This document shows positions 1 to 9,482 of a stretch of DNA of 30,793 nt, piece after piece. The position numbers were made by a program, and so were the translations under genes. The stretch spans positions 1-30,793 of the forward strand of contig JAJRPW010000109.1 in NCBI GenBank assembly GCA_024280585.1. Reading direction: 5' to 3'. Each line of letters starts with the position of its first letter. Within the stretch, counting starts at the first letter, position 1. The notes below the pieces were generated by a model. That model was given only the letters and a program-made list of their open reading frames with translations, was not told the origin of the DNA and did no database searches. This stretch comes from Alphaproteobacteria bacterium. GTDB lineage: Bacteria > Pseudomonadota > Alphaproteobacteria > Rickettsiales > UBA6187.

Positions 1-2
1 AC

Positions 3-2045
3 CCGGTAAGCTACGCTGCAGCTGCTGAAACGTATATGTCTCTTGCCCGAAAGTACTATTATGGGAATGGGGTAGAAAAAAATATGCGCAAGGCCTTGAG
101 CCTTTATCTGAAAGCGGCGGATACAGGAGCAGATACAAGCCCAAGCGCAGCAGAGGTTATCCGCGATTTTGCCGATATCAAGTTAGGTAAAGGCGTGGTC
201 GATTGTAAAGACACACCGGGATTTATCGCAAATAGAATCGGTTGTTTCTGGATGACCGCAGGCGTGGTTGAGGCAATGAATCTAGGGGTTTCCGTGGAAG
301 AGGCGGATTTGGTGATGGGCAGGCCGGTGGGAATTCCAAAAACCGGAATATTTGGCTTGTTGGATTTAATCGGAATCGACTTGATGCCGCTCATCGCTAG
401 CGAATTTAAAAAAACTTTGCCGAAAAAAGATGCGTTTTTGAAGATATATAAAGAGCCACCTCTGGTCAAAAAAATGATTAAAGATGGCTACACCGGTCGC
501 AAGGGAAAAGGCGGATTTTATAGACTAAATACTGACGGCGGCGGGCGCGTAAAAGAGGTTGTAGATTTGGAATCCGGGGAATATTCGGCGGCACAAAGGC
601 CAACTCTGGCGAGTGTTGAGGCGGCGCGGAAGGGGCTGCGGAATTTGGTTGAATATGACGATATAGGCGGTAAATACGCGCGCGCAGTTTTGCTGCAAAC
701 ACTTGAATATACGGCATCTTTGGTGCCAACAATTGCTGATGATATCACCGCAGTTGATGAAGCTATGCGACTGGGATATAACTGGAAATACGGGCCTTTC
801 GAGCTAATTGATCGGCTCGGCGCGGATGATATGGCCGGGCCAAAATGGCTGGCGACGCAACTGGAGACGGAGGGTAAAAAAGTCCCGGAAATATTAACCA
901 ATGCGGGCGATAATCCATTTTATAAAGCAGAGGAGACAAAACGTTCTTATTTAAGCGCAAAAGGTGAGTATAAAGATGTAAAAATCGATGCAAATGCATG
1001 GATGCTGGCCGATAAAAAAATGGGAAAAAAGCCAATTTTAAAGAATCCGTCAGCATCGCTTTGGGACATTGGTGATGGTATAGTTTGTCTTGAATATACC
1101 TCAAAAATGAACAGCGTTGATCCGATGATTTTAGAGATGATGATGAAATCAATCGAGCTGGTCACGCGGGAATATAAGGGATTAGTGATCGGGAATGATA
1201 GCGATAATTTCTGTGTCGGCGCAAATATTGGCATCTTGCTTTTCGCAGCAAACGTGGCGGCCTATAAGCAAATCCGAGAAATTATAAAACAGGGGCAAGA
1301 CACTTACATGGCTCTGAAATACGCGCCTTTCCCGGTAGTTACTGCGGTGAGCGGTATGGCGCTGGGCGGTGGCTGCGAGATTTTGATGCATTCAGACGCA
1401 GTACAAGCTCATATCGAAACATACACGGGGCTTGTAGAGGTCGGCGTAGGAATTGTTCCGGGCTGGGGCGGGTGTAAAGAGATGTTGCTGCGCAATATCG
1501 AAAAGCGCCGGAAGGATCAAAGTGCCGCAGCTAAATTAGGGCGGATGTTCAGTATGTTAAGCCCGATCAAAACACTTAATACGATGCCAGCAATTTCCAC
1601 CGCATTTGAAAATATTGCAACGGCGAAGGTGGCGAAGTCTGCCCATCAGGCACAATCTATGCTGATTTTAGAGGATAAAGACAGCATAACAATGAACCGA
1701 AAACGTCTTTTAAGTGATGCGAAAGCAAAATGTCTGGAGCTGTCCAAAAACTACGAATCGCCGGTGTCTCCGACGATTAGTCTGCCTGGGAAAACTGCGC
1801 GAACTGCGCTATATATGGCCATCAATAGCTTTGTTAAAAATGGCAAAGCGACGGCATATGATGAGGTGGTTTCGAAAGCCGTGGCCAAGGTTCTGAGCGG
1901 CGGAAAAACTGATATAACAAAGGAATTATCAGAACAGGATTTGCTCGATTTGGAACTGGACGTATTTATGGAATTAGTCAGAAATAAAGGAACTTTGAGC
2001 CGGTTGGAGCATATGCTTGAAACCGGAAAGCCGCTGCGGAATTAA
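3..2045 (+). CDS. fadN: 3-hydroxyacyl-CoA dehydrogenase/enoyl-CoA hydratase (FadN-type), 5'-partial, with a Sel1-like repeat in place of the NAD-binding N-terminus
   Basis: KGVVDCKDTPGFIANRIG, GIFGLLDLIGID and GYNWKYGPFE (3HCDH motifs), then a crotonase region NFCVGANI...ALGGGCEILMH...GLVEVGVGIVPGWGG. The frame is open back to position 3. Residues before ~nt 125 read as a Sel1 repeat (SLARKYYYGNGVEKNMRKALSLYLKAADTG). Confidence 0.88.
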   Translation, partial: PVSYAAAAETYMSLARKYYYGNGVEKNMRKALSLYLKAADTGADTSPSAAEVIRDFADIKLGKGVVDCKDTPGFIANRIGCFWMTAGVVEAMNLGVSVEEADLVMGRPVGIPKTGIFGLLDLIGIDLMPLIASEFKKTLPKKDAFLKIYKEPPLVKKMIKDGYTGRKGKGGFYRLNTDGGGRVKEVVDLESGEYSAAQRPTLASVEAARKGLRNLVEYDDIGGKYARAVLLQTLEYTASLVPTIADDITAVDEAMRLGYNWKYGPFELIDRLGADDMAGPKWLATQLETEGKKVPEILTNAGDNPFYKAEETKRSYLSAKGEYKDVKIDANAWMLADKKMGKKPILKNPSASLWDIGDGIVCLEYTSKMNSVDPMILEMMMKSIELVTREYKGLVIGNDSDNFCVGANIGILLFAANVAAYKQIREIIKQGQDTYMALKYAPFPVVTAVSGMALGGGCEILMHSDAVQAHIETYTGLVEVGVGIVPGWGGCKEMLLRNIEKRRKDQSAAAKLGRMFSMLSPIKTLNTMPAISTAFENIATAKVAKSAHQAQSMLILEDKDSITMNRKRLLSDAKAKCLELSKNYESPVSPTISLPGKTARTALYMAINSFVKNGKATAYDEVVSKAVAKVLSGGKTDITKELSEQDLLDLELDVFMELVRNKGTLSRLEHMLETGKPLRN

Positions 2046-2149
2046 GAAAGGTATGTTATAAGTTTATTGCTAAAATGCTTTGTTAGCGGTGTTTGGTGCC
2101 AGAAAGGGGGGGCGGATCCTCGGCTGGATTTTTAAGAAAAAGGTAAAAA

Positions 2150-3136
2150 ATGGCGATAAGAAAGAAGAATAGACCAAAATTGCCGAGATTATTTGTCGGT
2201 TTGACTGCTTTGTTGCTGGTCGCGGTGATCTGTTCGTTACTCGCTGATTTTTATTGGTTTTTTGAGCTGTTCAGTCATTTTGTTCCACAGTACGCGCTGG
2301 CTTCCTTGCTATTATTTGTAACTTTATTGATAAGTAAGAGGCGTGTTTGGGCAGTGGTGGCGTTGGCAATTTTTGCCGGACAGGCTTATAAAATGGCTCC
2401 AATGTTCAATAAAAATTTGGGAGAGATTGCTGAGTTCGAGCGTTATGATAGTGTGAATGTGTTACAATATAATGTTCATAGGGGAAATAAGAATGTCGAA
2501 CAGATGACGCGATGGATTATATCCATGAGCGAAGATGTTGATATTGTTGTGCTTTTGGAGGTTACAGAGCGTTGGGATGAGGCTTTAAAAAGGATAAGGT
2601 GGGCCTACCCGTATCATATTAAAAAGGAACTGCGAGGCGATAGGTCAATGGCGGTTTTCAGCCGACTATATATAGATGAATTGGAGATAAAAAACATTGG
2701 TGAAGACAAGGTTCCAATGGTAGTAATGCGCGGAGAAACAACAGGTTATGAGGTTCCATTTGTGTTGTATGGCATCCATCCACCACCGCCGATTTTGCCA
2801 AATTATGCAATGCGTAGAAATAATATTTTAATGTCAGCCGCAAAAAATATGGCAATGGAAAGTGCAAAATATAAAATGATAGTAGCTGATTTTAATACAA
2901 CAAGATTTTCACCTTGGTTTAAAAAAATGGTTAAAAAATCGGGGCTTAGAGATAGTAATGAAGGTGTTGGTTTAATAAGTACATGGCCACGATTTGTACC
3001 AGAACCATTCGGAATAGCAATAGATAATATTTTAATTTCCGATTCAATAAAAGTTGAGAAAAAAGAAACGGGACCGGCGATGGGATCGGATCATTTTCCG
3101 ATTATTACGAGTCTAAAATTTATGATTGAGGAGTAA
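2150..3136 (+). CDS. Membrane-anchored endonuclease/exonuclease/phosphatase (EEP) family protein
   Basis: N-terminal TM helices; VLQYNV, VLLEV, IVADFNTT, IDNIL and GSDHFPI catalytic motifs; RBS-like AGGT upstream. Confidence 0.88.
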   Translation: MAIRKKNRPKLPRLFVGLTALLLVAVICSLLADFYWFFELFSHFVPQYALASLLLFVTLLISKRRVWAVVALAIFAGQAYKMAPMFNKNLGEIAEFERYDSVNVLQYNVHRGNKNVEQMTRWIISMSEDVDIVVLLEVTERWDEALKRIRWAYPYHIKKELRGDRSMAVFSRLYIDELEIKNIGEDKVPMVVMRGETTGYEVPFVLYGIHPPPPILPNYAMRRNNILMSAAKNMAMESAKYKMIVADFNTTRFSPWFKKMVKKSGLRDSNEGVGLISTWPRFVPEPFGIAIDNILISDSIKVEKKETGPAMGSDHFPIITSLKFMIEE

Positions 3137-3139
3137 AAA

Positions 3140-4930
3140 ATGCCGCAATATCGTGCGCCAATTCGTGATTTTGAGTTTGTTCTGAAAGAGTTTCTGAACA
3201 TCGAAAAATATAAGGATTTAGAGGGTTTTGAAGAGGTGGATAATGATTTGATCAGCGCTCTTCTAAGCGAGGGGGCAAAATTATGTGAAGAAGTTTTATT
3301 TCCATTAAACCAATCTGGTGACACAGAAGGGGTTGAGTTTAAAAATGGAAATGTTAAGGTTCCTCAGGGGTTTAAAGAAGCTTATGAAACCTATACACAA
3401 AGTGGCTGGACGGCGCTTACATGTGACAAAAAATATGGCGGACAGGGATTGCCGGACGTGATGAATATGGCAATCAGCGAAATGATTTGCTCCGCTAATT
3501 TGTCATTTGGCATAACACCAGGCCTGACACATGGAGCCTATAACGCAATCCACATGCACGGAACAGAGAAATTAAAGAAGAAATATCTACCAAAAATGGT
3601 CGACGGAACCTGGACAGGTGTAATGTGCCTGACCGAACCACAATGTGGGACGGATTTGGGACTGGTTAGAACCACCGCAACCCCACATGGCAAAGGGGTT
3701 TATAAGATAAATGGCTCGAAAATATTTATCTCAGCGGGCGATCAGGATCTGACCGAAAATATTATCCATCTGGTGCTGGCAAAATTACCGGACGCACCGG
3801 ACGGAATCAAAGGAATTAGCCTGTTTGTAGTACCAAAAATTATGGTAAATGATGACGGAAGTTTGGGAGAGGCGAATAACGTCACTTGCGGCTCAATCGA
3901 GCATAAAATGGGAATTCATGCGTCACCAACATGCGTAATGAATTATGATAATTCAATCGGTTACCTGCTAGGCGAGGCGCATAAAGGTCTGCGCGCAATG
4001 TTCACAATGATGAATGAAGCGAGGCTATATGTGGGCGTGCAGGGACTGGGGCTGTCGGAGGTTTCGTATCAAAATGCAGCTGAATATGCGAAGGAGCGTT
4101 TACAGGGCAGGGGGCTAAAAGGCGCAAAATACCCCGATAAAGCAGCGGATCCGCTGGTTGTGCACCCGGATATCAGACGCATGCTGCTGACGATGAGAAG
4201 TTTTAACGAGGGCGCGCGCGCACTTGCAACTTTAACGGCACTGAAAATCGATGTGAGTAAAAAGCACCCCGATGAACAGGAACGACAGGACGCCGATGAC
4301 TTTGTACAAATGATTACTCCAATTTTGAAGAGTTACTTGACTGATGCCGGGTTTGAATCGACAAATCTGGGTATGCAGATTTTCGGCGGACATGGCTATA
4401 TAAAAGAATATGGTATGGAACAATACTCGCGTGATGCGCGAATAGCACAGATTTATGAAGGAGCAAATGGTATACAAGCGCTGGATTTGGTGGGAAGAAA
4501 ATTGCCGAAACATACGGGGAGGTATCTAAGGGCGTTCTTCCATCCGGCCGCAGAATTCGTCGAAAAACATAAAGAAAACAAAGAGATGGCGGAGTTTACT
4601 AAAGCACTGCATCAAGCTCTGGGAACAGGGCAGCAGGCGTCACTTTGGATAGCCGCAAATGGCATGGGCAACCCGGAGGAAGCGGCAGCGGGTTCGTCGG
4701 AATATCTGCGCCTGATGGCACTGGTGGTCTTCGCTTATATCTGGGCGCAAATGGCTGAAATATCGCTGAAAAAACTGGCGCAGGATACATCGGAAAAAGA
4801 ATTTTATGAGGCAAAACTTGCAACGGCACGGTTCTATATGCAAAAGATTTTGCCGCACAGTTATGGGCTGCTGGCCTCAATAGTCAATGGCGCAAAACCA
4901 GTGATGGCTATGAAGGAAGAGGCGTTTTAG
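3140..4930 (+). CDS. Acyl-CoA dehydrogenase (long form with C-terminal domain)
   Basis: MCLTEPQCGTDLG, KIFISAG, EHKMGIHASPTC, MFTMMNEARL, QIFGGHGYIKE and IYEGANGIQALDL motifs. Confidence 0.95.
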   Translation: MPQYRAPIRDFEFVLKEFLNIEKYKDLEGFEEVDNDLISALLSEGAKLCEEVLFPLNQSGDTEGVEFKNGNVKVPQGFKEAYETYTQSGWTALTCDKKYGGQGLPDVMNMAISEMICSANLSFGITPGLTHGAYNAIHMHGTEKLKKKYLPKMVDGTWTGVMCLTEPQCGTDLGLVRTTATPHGKGVYKINGSKIFISAGDQDLTENIIHLVLAKLPDAPDGIKGISLFVVPKIMVNDDGSLGEANNVTCGSIEHKMGIHASPTCVMNYDNSIGYLLGEAHKGLRAMFTMMNEARLYVGVQGLGLSEVSYQNAAEYAKERLQGRGLKGAKYPDKAADPLVVHPDIRRMLLTMRSFNEGARALATLTALKIDVSKKHPDEQERQDADDFVQMITPILKSYLTDAGFESTNLGMQIFGGHGYIKEYGMEQYSRDARIAQIYEGANGIQALDLVGRKLPKHTGRYLRAFFHPAAEFVEKHKENKEMAEFTKALHQALGTGQQASLWIAANGMGNPEEAAAGSSEYLRLMALVVFAYIWAQMAEISLKKLAQDTSEKEFYEAKLATARFYMQKILPHSYGLLASIVNGAKPVMAMKEEAF

Positions 4931-5095
4931 GGGGGAGCTTTGGATTAAAGGAAGGGTTGCAATAATGGATTTTACCTCTTCCGGTGGGGCAGTCCTGGCA
5001 TCGGGAAAATTTTGCCTTGCCTTTTCCCATAGTAGTTGTATAAATATAGTCCTGTTAATTAATAGTCTATCACTGGGTGGTGGCATAGGGGTATC

Positions 5096-5428
5096 ATGAG
5101 TAAAGGTAAGAAAACAGGTCAAGGTCAGAATCATGTAAGTAGTGCTTTACGGTACCTGGAGTTAAGGGGTGAGATCTTAGCCGCGGCAAAAGAACTCGAA
5201 AGTTAACCAGCCAATATTGAATGGAAAAAGCAACAGGAAAATATAAGGCGAGAGGAGCGGGTAGGCCTGAAACCGAAAGTAGACATAACAGGTTTTAAGG
5301 TATTAAAACTTAAAAGGTCCCGAAATGAAGAGCCTAGTATTGAAAGTGAAGGGTCCGATTCTAAATGGCAAGAGCAAGAGTTAGCTAGAGGTAATGAACA
5401 GCAGTCGAGCGCGAAACCACGGAGATAA
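5096..5428 (+). pseudogene. 110-codon frame broken by one TAA (5204-5206); small hydrophilic protein
   Basis: ATG 5096 preceded by GGGG; MSKGKKTGQ...KELES*, then the same frame continues PANIEWKKQQENIRREE...KWQEQELARGNEQQSSAKPRR* (TAA 5426-5428). Not in the ORF track. Confidence 0.4.
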
Positions 5429-5681
5429 ATATATAAATTTCCTGCATAAATACTAACTAATGACGGGTATTAGTGCTGTAAAAAATACTTTTTGTGAATG
5501 GGTAAATTGCTGCGTCTTGCAGGAGTGAGCAGACACTCCTTCCGGCGATAGACTTATGCACTTTGAACTCTGACAACTGATAACCAAGAAAAAATTGTGG
5601 AAAAGATAATCTCGTTCTTGTAATGGCGATTCGATGGGTGTATAACTGACCTCTTGTGGGAACTTATTCAAGGCGCGCTGC

Positions 5682-7865
5682 ATGGTTTTTAAAAAGCAAA
5701 AGATGAGTCTATACTCAAAAACCGCTATCACAACGGTGGTATTGGGATCTTTTGTGCTGGCGGCCAGTGACGCAAATGCCAGAAGCCTTCATCGACAAAA
5801 ACTTCCGTCAATTGAAATTAATTTCGAAGTGCTGGATTCGCTGCGCCAAAGTGAAGAATTTTCGATTTATAAGGAGCCGGTAGTTGAGGAGAAGGCTGAA
5901 ATAGTTGAGGAGGACGGCGCTGAGGAAGAGATTTTAGCAGTCTATCCGCCAGTGGAGAGCGAGTTGGTAGCTCCCACCCCCGTTAAGAAAGCTGCCAAAA
6001 AATTGCCAGAACAGTTAGAAGCTAAGAAAATTGCGAAAAAACCTAAGAAAAAATCACCTGCCGTGAAAAGAATTATTATCGCTGAGATTGAAGAGAAAAA
6101 ACCGTCGCAGAAATCCAGAACTGTGGTATATCGGAAAAAACCGCAGGTGATTCGGGAAGAAAAGGTCGTTTTGGAGCCAAAAAAACCTGTAGAAGTTAAG
6201 ATAAAAAAAGTTGTTGCCAAACCAAAAAAGGAAGAAAAACTGGCCAAAGCTGCAGCAGTTATAGAAAGTAAGCCGGTGGCCAAAGCCGCGGATAAGCTTG
6301 TTTCGCCTGTAAAAAAGCAGGATGTAGCCGTATCTAGGACCCCTCAAAATCCAGAAAAAGAAGAAGGGTTCCTGTCATCTTTCATACAAAAAATACCGTT
6401 TTTATCGGAACTAAATACAGATAAAGAAATAGAAGATGAGTTAAAAAATTTGCCGGAGAAAATTGGTGACTCGGTAGCAAAAAAATCTGAAAAAAAATTG
6501 CTGCTTCCGCCGGTATTACGTGCCGAATCAAAGCGTAAAATTCAGCAAGAAAAGGTGCGTTTCTTTGAAAATGTTCAAATAATTTTACCGAATAGAATCG
6601 ATGACATCGCCTCACTTACGTTGCCGATACCGACTTTTCGGCCTAAAATTTTAACACCGCAAGAAATAGCCATAAAATCAGACCCGATTTTAAAAGACAT
6701 AGTTGAAATAGAAAAACCTAAAGATAGCATCGGTAAAATAAAGGATTTGCTGACAAAAAACATACCCGAACCAGCCATTCCGAATGTAACAAAAATAGCT
6801 AGTATCGTTAATGTGCAACCAAAAAATACGTACATGGAAGAGATAATAGAGCTTCCACAAGAGGGAAAAAACTTTGTAGTAAGTGAGGTCGAATGGAAAA
6901 ATATATTAGATGCCGCTCGCCAAAAAGCAGAAAAAAAGCAGGCAAAACAAGATGTTGAGAAGGTGCAAGCTAAAATAGCACAAAATCAAAAAATTCCCGT
7001 CATAAAGGTGAAGAAGCAAAATTTATTGAAAGAAACCGCAAAAATTACAAAGCAGGAAAGGGGTTTTCTGGCCTCATTCATTGATATGATTCCAAAATTT
7101 GGCGCTGAGACAAAAAATCCTGGTAGCCCTAAAAAATTGGCAAAACGAGAGGTAATAGAACTAAGTGCTAGCGCAGGAATTGATGATCTTCTGGATATTG
7201 CAGAGGAAAGGAAAGTTGTAAATACAGCAAAAGAGACTCAAGAAAATTCTGAAAAACCGGTTGAAATAGCAAATGTTTCTGAAGTTGATATACCTAAAAT
7301 TCAAGAAAATATGCCGACAAAGCCTACCAATTTACTTAAAAATATTGTCGAATTTAATAAAAGAAAAATTGATGTAGCAAAAATTAGTGAGTCCAAAAAA
7401 TCCGTAAAAAAGACAGAAAAACCGCTCTTCCCCAAAATTAATATGGCGATTGCCGAACCGGTAAAGACGGTGGTTGAAATACCCAGTAGCTCTAAAAAAC
7501 CAAGAGAAATGATCGTTAAGAATAAAGTTGATATCAAAAAAAGCAATGCGGATTTTCTAAGTGTTAGTTTCGCCGACTCTCAACAAATTGAAATTTCTGA
7601 TTTCGATAAAGATCGAATAGCAGAATTAGTCCAAAAAGTTAAAAATAAAAATAGCCAGATCAGAATCATCAGTCATGCCGAGGGAATTGAAGGCCAGGCA
7701 AGCTCCGCAAGAAGAATTTCGCTGCAACGTGCAATAAATATCCGATCGCATATGATCCAATCCGGCCTGGAAAGTGTAAAAATTAATGTACAAGCCGTAG
7801 GAAACCGAAACAAAGATATAGATACGCCAAATAGCACAAGCATCTATGTTGTCGGGGCTTTTTAA
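5682..7865 (+). CDS. Exported Lys/Glu/Pro-rich protein with C-terminal OmpA-like domain
   Basis: Signal-peptide-like TAITTVVLGSFVLAASDANA (start may be ATG 5703); ~600 aa low-complexity stalk; C-terminal IRIISHA...SARRISLQRAINIRSHMIQSGL...INVQAVG. Confidence 0.75.
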   Translation: MVFKKQKMSLYSKTAITTVVLGSFVLAASDANARSLHRQKLPSIEINFEVLDSLRQSEEFSIYKEPVVEEKAEIVEEDGAEEEILAVYPPVESELVAPTPVKKAAKKLPEQLEAKKIAKKPKKKSPAVKRIIIAEIEEKKPSQKSRTVVYRKKPQVIREEKVVLEPKKPVEVKIKKVVAKPKKEEKLAKAAAVIESKPVAKAADKLVSPVKKQDVAVSRTPQNPEKEEGFLSSFIQKIPFLSELNTDKEIEDELKNLPEKIGDSVAKKSEKKLLLPPVLRAESKRKIQQEKVRFFENVQIILPNRIDDIASLTLPIPTFRPKILTPQEIAIKSDPILKDIVEIEKPKDSIGKIKDLLTKNIPEPAIPNVTKIASIVNVQPKNTYMEEIIELPQEGKNFVVSEVEWKNILDAARQKAEKKQAKQDVEKVQAKIAQNQKIPVIKVKKQNLLKETAKITKQERGFLASFIDMIPKFGAETKNPGSPKKLAKREVIELSASAGIDDLLDIAEERKVVNTAKETQENSEKPVEIANVSEVDIPKIQENMPTKPTNLLKNIVEFNKRKIDVAKISESKKSVKKTEKPLFPKINMAIAEPVKTVVEIPSSSKKPREMIVKNKVDIKKSNADFLSVSFADSQQIEISDFDKDRIAELVQKVKNKNSQIRIISHAEGIEGQASSARRISLQRAINIRSHMIQSGLESVKINVQAVGNRNKDIDTPNSTSIYVVGAF

Positions 7866-7870
7866 CAAAA

Positions 7871-8383
7871 TCAGCTAATAATACCCGGCTCGCGTTGAAC
7901 GTTTTTCTTACCAAGAGAATCAGCCAGAATATCAAGCCCCTCCTGAAATTTTATAAGATTACGGTTAATATTATGAGCCGCATATTGATTAAGACTCTTT
8001 TTGTAAGGCATTAAAAACGCTGGACGTATATTAAAAATACATAGATTGCAGATAATTTTTCTGGCACCGATCCTTTCTAAATCACTTATAGCGATCTCAT
8101 ATTCATTATAACGTGCAAAAATCCAAGCCTCATTATCTTGACGCATACAATCGCGCCCGGCCCTGTCAAACTGATACGCACCAACATCAGGCGAACCAAA
8201 ACGAAGCGTATAAAGCCAACGCAAACGAAGCCCGGCCTCATGCTGATAAACATCAATAAGCTCGCGCTTTAAGCATAAATCAAGCGGCTCAATAGTAGAA
8301 TCTTTGACCCTGCGCATTTGAAGCTCCTTGGTGCCATGATCAGTTTTTTCACGTATTATTTTAGGCCTTCCACGTTTTGCCAT
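7871..8383 (-). CDS. DUF6456-like protein, candidate GafA/GafYZ-type GTA regulator
   Basis: MAKRGRP...DHGTKEL, PLDLCLKRELIDVYQHEAGLRLRWLY and terminal EGLDILADSLG resemble the DUF6456 pattern as recalled; adjacent to the GTA cluster. Confidence 0.55.
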   Translation of the reverse strand: MAKRGRPKIIREKTDHGTKELQMRRVKDSTIEPLDLCLKRELIDVYQHEAGLRLRWLYTLRFGSPDVGAYQFDRAGRDCMRQDNEAWIFARYNEYEIAISDLERIGARKIICNLCIFNIRPAFLMPYKKSLNQYAAHNINRNLIKFQEGLDILADSLGKKNVQREPGIIS

Positions 8384-8396
8384 TTTAGAACCCTTT

Positions 8397-8795
8397 TTAC
8401 AATTTCAACATTTTTTTTAAATCTGAACATTGCTCAGATACCTTCTCCGCCTTATTCTTTGTAGCCCCGCGATGCTTTACTTTGCGCTTGTTTTTCCTGT
8501 TTGCCTCATAAATTTTTAAAGCCCGATAATGCCCACGCAAAACCATCTTAGAATCTAAGTCAGCGAATGAACAAACCAGCATAAAGTCTTGATTTTTAGG
8601 TGAAAACCAGGCAATCGTTTTTAGACGTTCAGACTTTTGTCGCGCATCAATCGGCTCTTTACTAATATCCAATATAGCCTGCATAATAACCGACTGCCAT
8701 AACGCACGTTCGGATATACAATCTCGAGCATTATAGTCAAACCTGTCTTCATCGCTGGTAGATTTTTTTTCTTTCAAATCGTAATTATTCGGCAT
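8397..8795 (-). CDS. Conserved phage/GTA-associated hypothetical protein
   Basis: ERALWQSVIMQAILD...WF...DFMLVCSFADLD motif; basic C-terminus; 13-bp gap to the DUF6456-like gene suggests an operon. Confidence 0.65.
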   Translation of the reverse strand: MPNNYDLKEKKSTSDEDRFDYNARDCISERALWQSVIMQAILDISKEPIDARQKSERLKTIAWFSPKNQDFMLVCSFADLDSKMVLRGHYRALKIYEANRKNKRKVKHRGATKNKAEKVSEQCSDLKKMLKL

Positions 8796-8963
8796 AACAA
8801 TACCCTATTAATAGTTGCATTTCTAGTTAGGATTGCAAGTATAGGTGTCTATTTGAGTAATATGCAAATATTTTTTTAATATTTTATAAAATAATTTAAG
8901 TCTTCCTTTTAACATCCTGTTATTTAAGTATAATTTTTTGTATAAAAAACTTGCTTTCTGGGC

Positions 8964-8992
8964 TTACATAAGGGTTTTTCTTCGTTTATAAT
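8964..8992 (+). promoter_or_regulatory. Sigma70-like promoter for the TerS candidate
   Basis: TTACAT(8964-8969)-17 bp-TATAAT(8987-8992), 38 nt upstream of ATG 9030. Confidence 0.5.
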
Positions 8993-9029
8993 GGTAATTA
9001 TAGGATGGAGAGTAATAGGGGGGGGGAGG

Positions 9030-9374
9030 ATGGCCGGAAAAAAGAGTCTAACGCAACAACATATGAAAAGCCTTGAAGAAAATAGACTTTTCATAACTAA
9101 CCTTATAAATCAGCTAGATAAGGTACTAAATAAAAATGAGTATGACGAAAATGAGTCAATTGAATGGAAGTATATCTGGGGAGAAAAAGAAAATGTGGTA
9201 TCATCCCTAAATAAATTAACAGGGCTGTTGCTTAAAATTATTACTATTGAACAGCAGCTTAATGAGAAAAGCTCTACTAAAACATTAAGTATAAAGAAAA
9301 AAGGTAGGATTCTTGACTCAACAGACAAAGAAATAATCAGAAGGTACGTAAAAAAATTCGGAAAAGCTTCATAG
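9030..9374 (+). CDS. Putative terminase small subunit / small helical GTA protein
   Basis: GGAGG directly before ATG 9030 (the track's 8991 start overlaps the -10 box); helical 114 aa ending LDSTDKEIIRRY; first + strand gene upstream of TerL. Function inferred from position. Confidence 0.45.
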   Translation: MAGKKSLTQQHMKSLEENRLFITNLINQLDKVLNKNEYDENESIEWKYIWGEKENVVSSLNKLTGLLLKIITIEQQLNEKSSTKTLSIKKKGRILDSTDKEIIRRYVKKFGKAS

Positions 9375-9482
9375 TGTTTTCCAAATTACAACAGAACCTA
9401 TAAAAGAAGTAAAATCAAAGCTTGTTAAAAGCTTTTTCTTAATCTAGAGTGAAGCTCAATCTCGTTAGGTAAGTGAGGATAT

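Noticed and set aside
104-4880. Multiple minus-strand ORFs over fadN, EEP and the acyl-CoA dehydrogenase
   Set aside because: Antisense or alternate-frame shadows of well-supported genes, with no recognisable motifs.
5430-5680. Riboswitch or ncRNA upstream of the OmpA-domain gene
   Set aside because: Only a short GGAGTG/CACTCC hairpin is visible, and I recognise no conserved aptamer motif.
8909-8923. CtrA box upstream of the TerS candidate
   Set aside because: TTAA-N7-TTAT has one mismatch in a very AT-rich region, so it is not distinguishable from chance.
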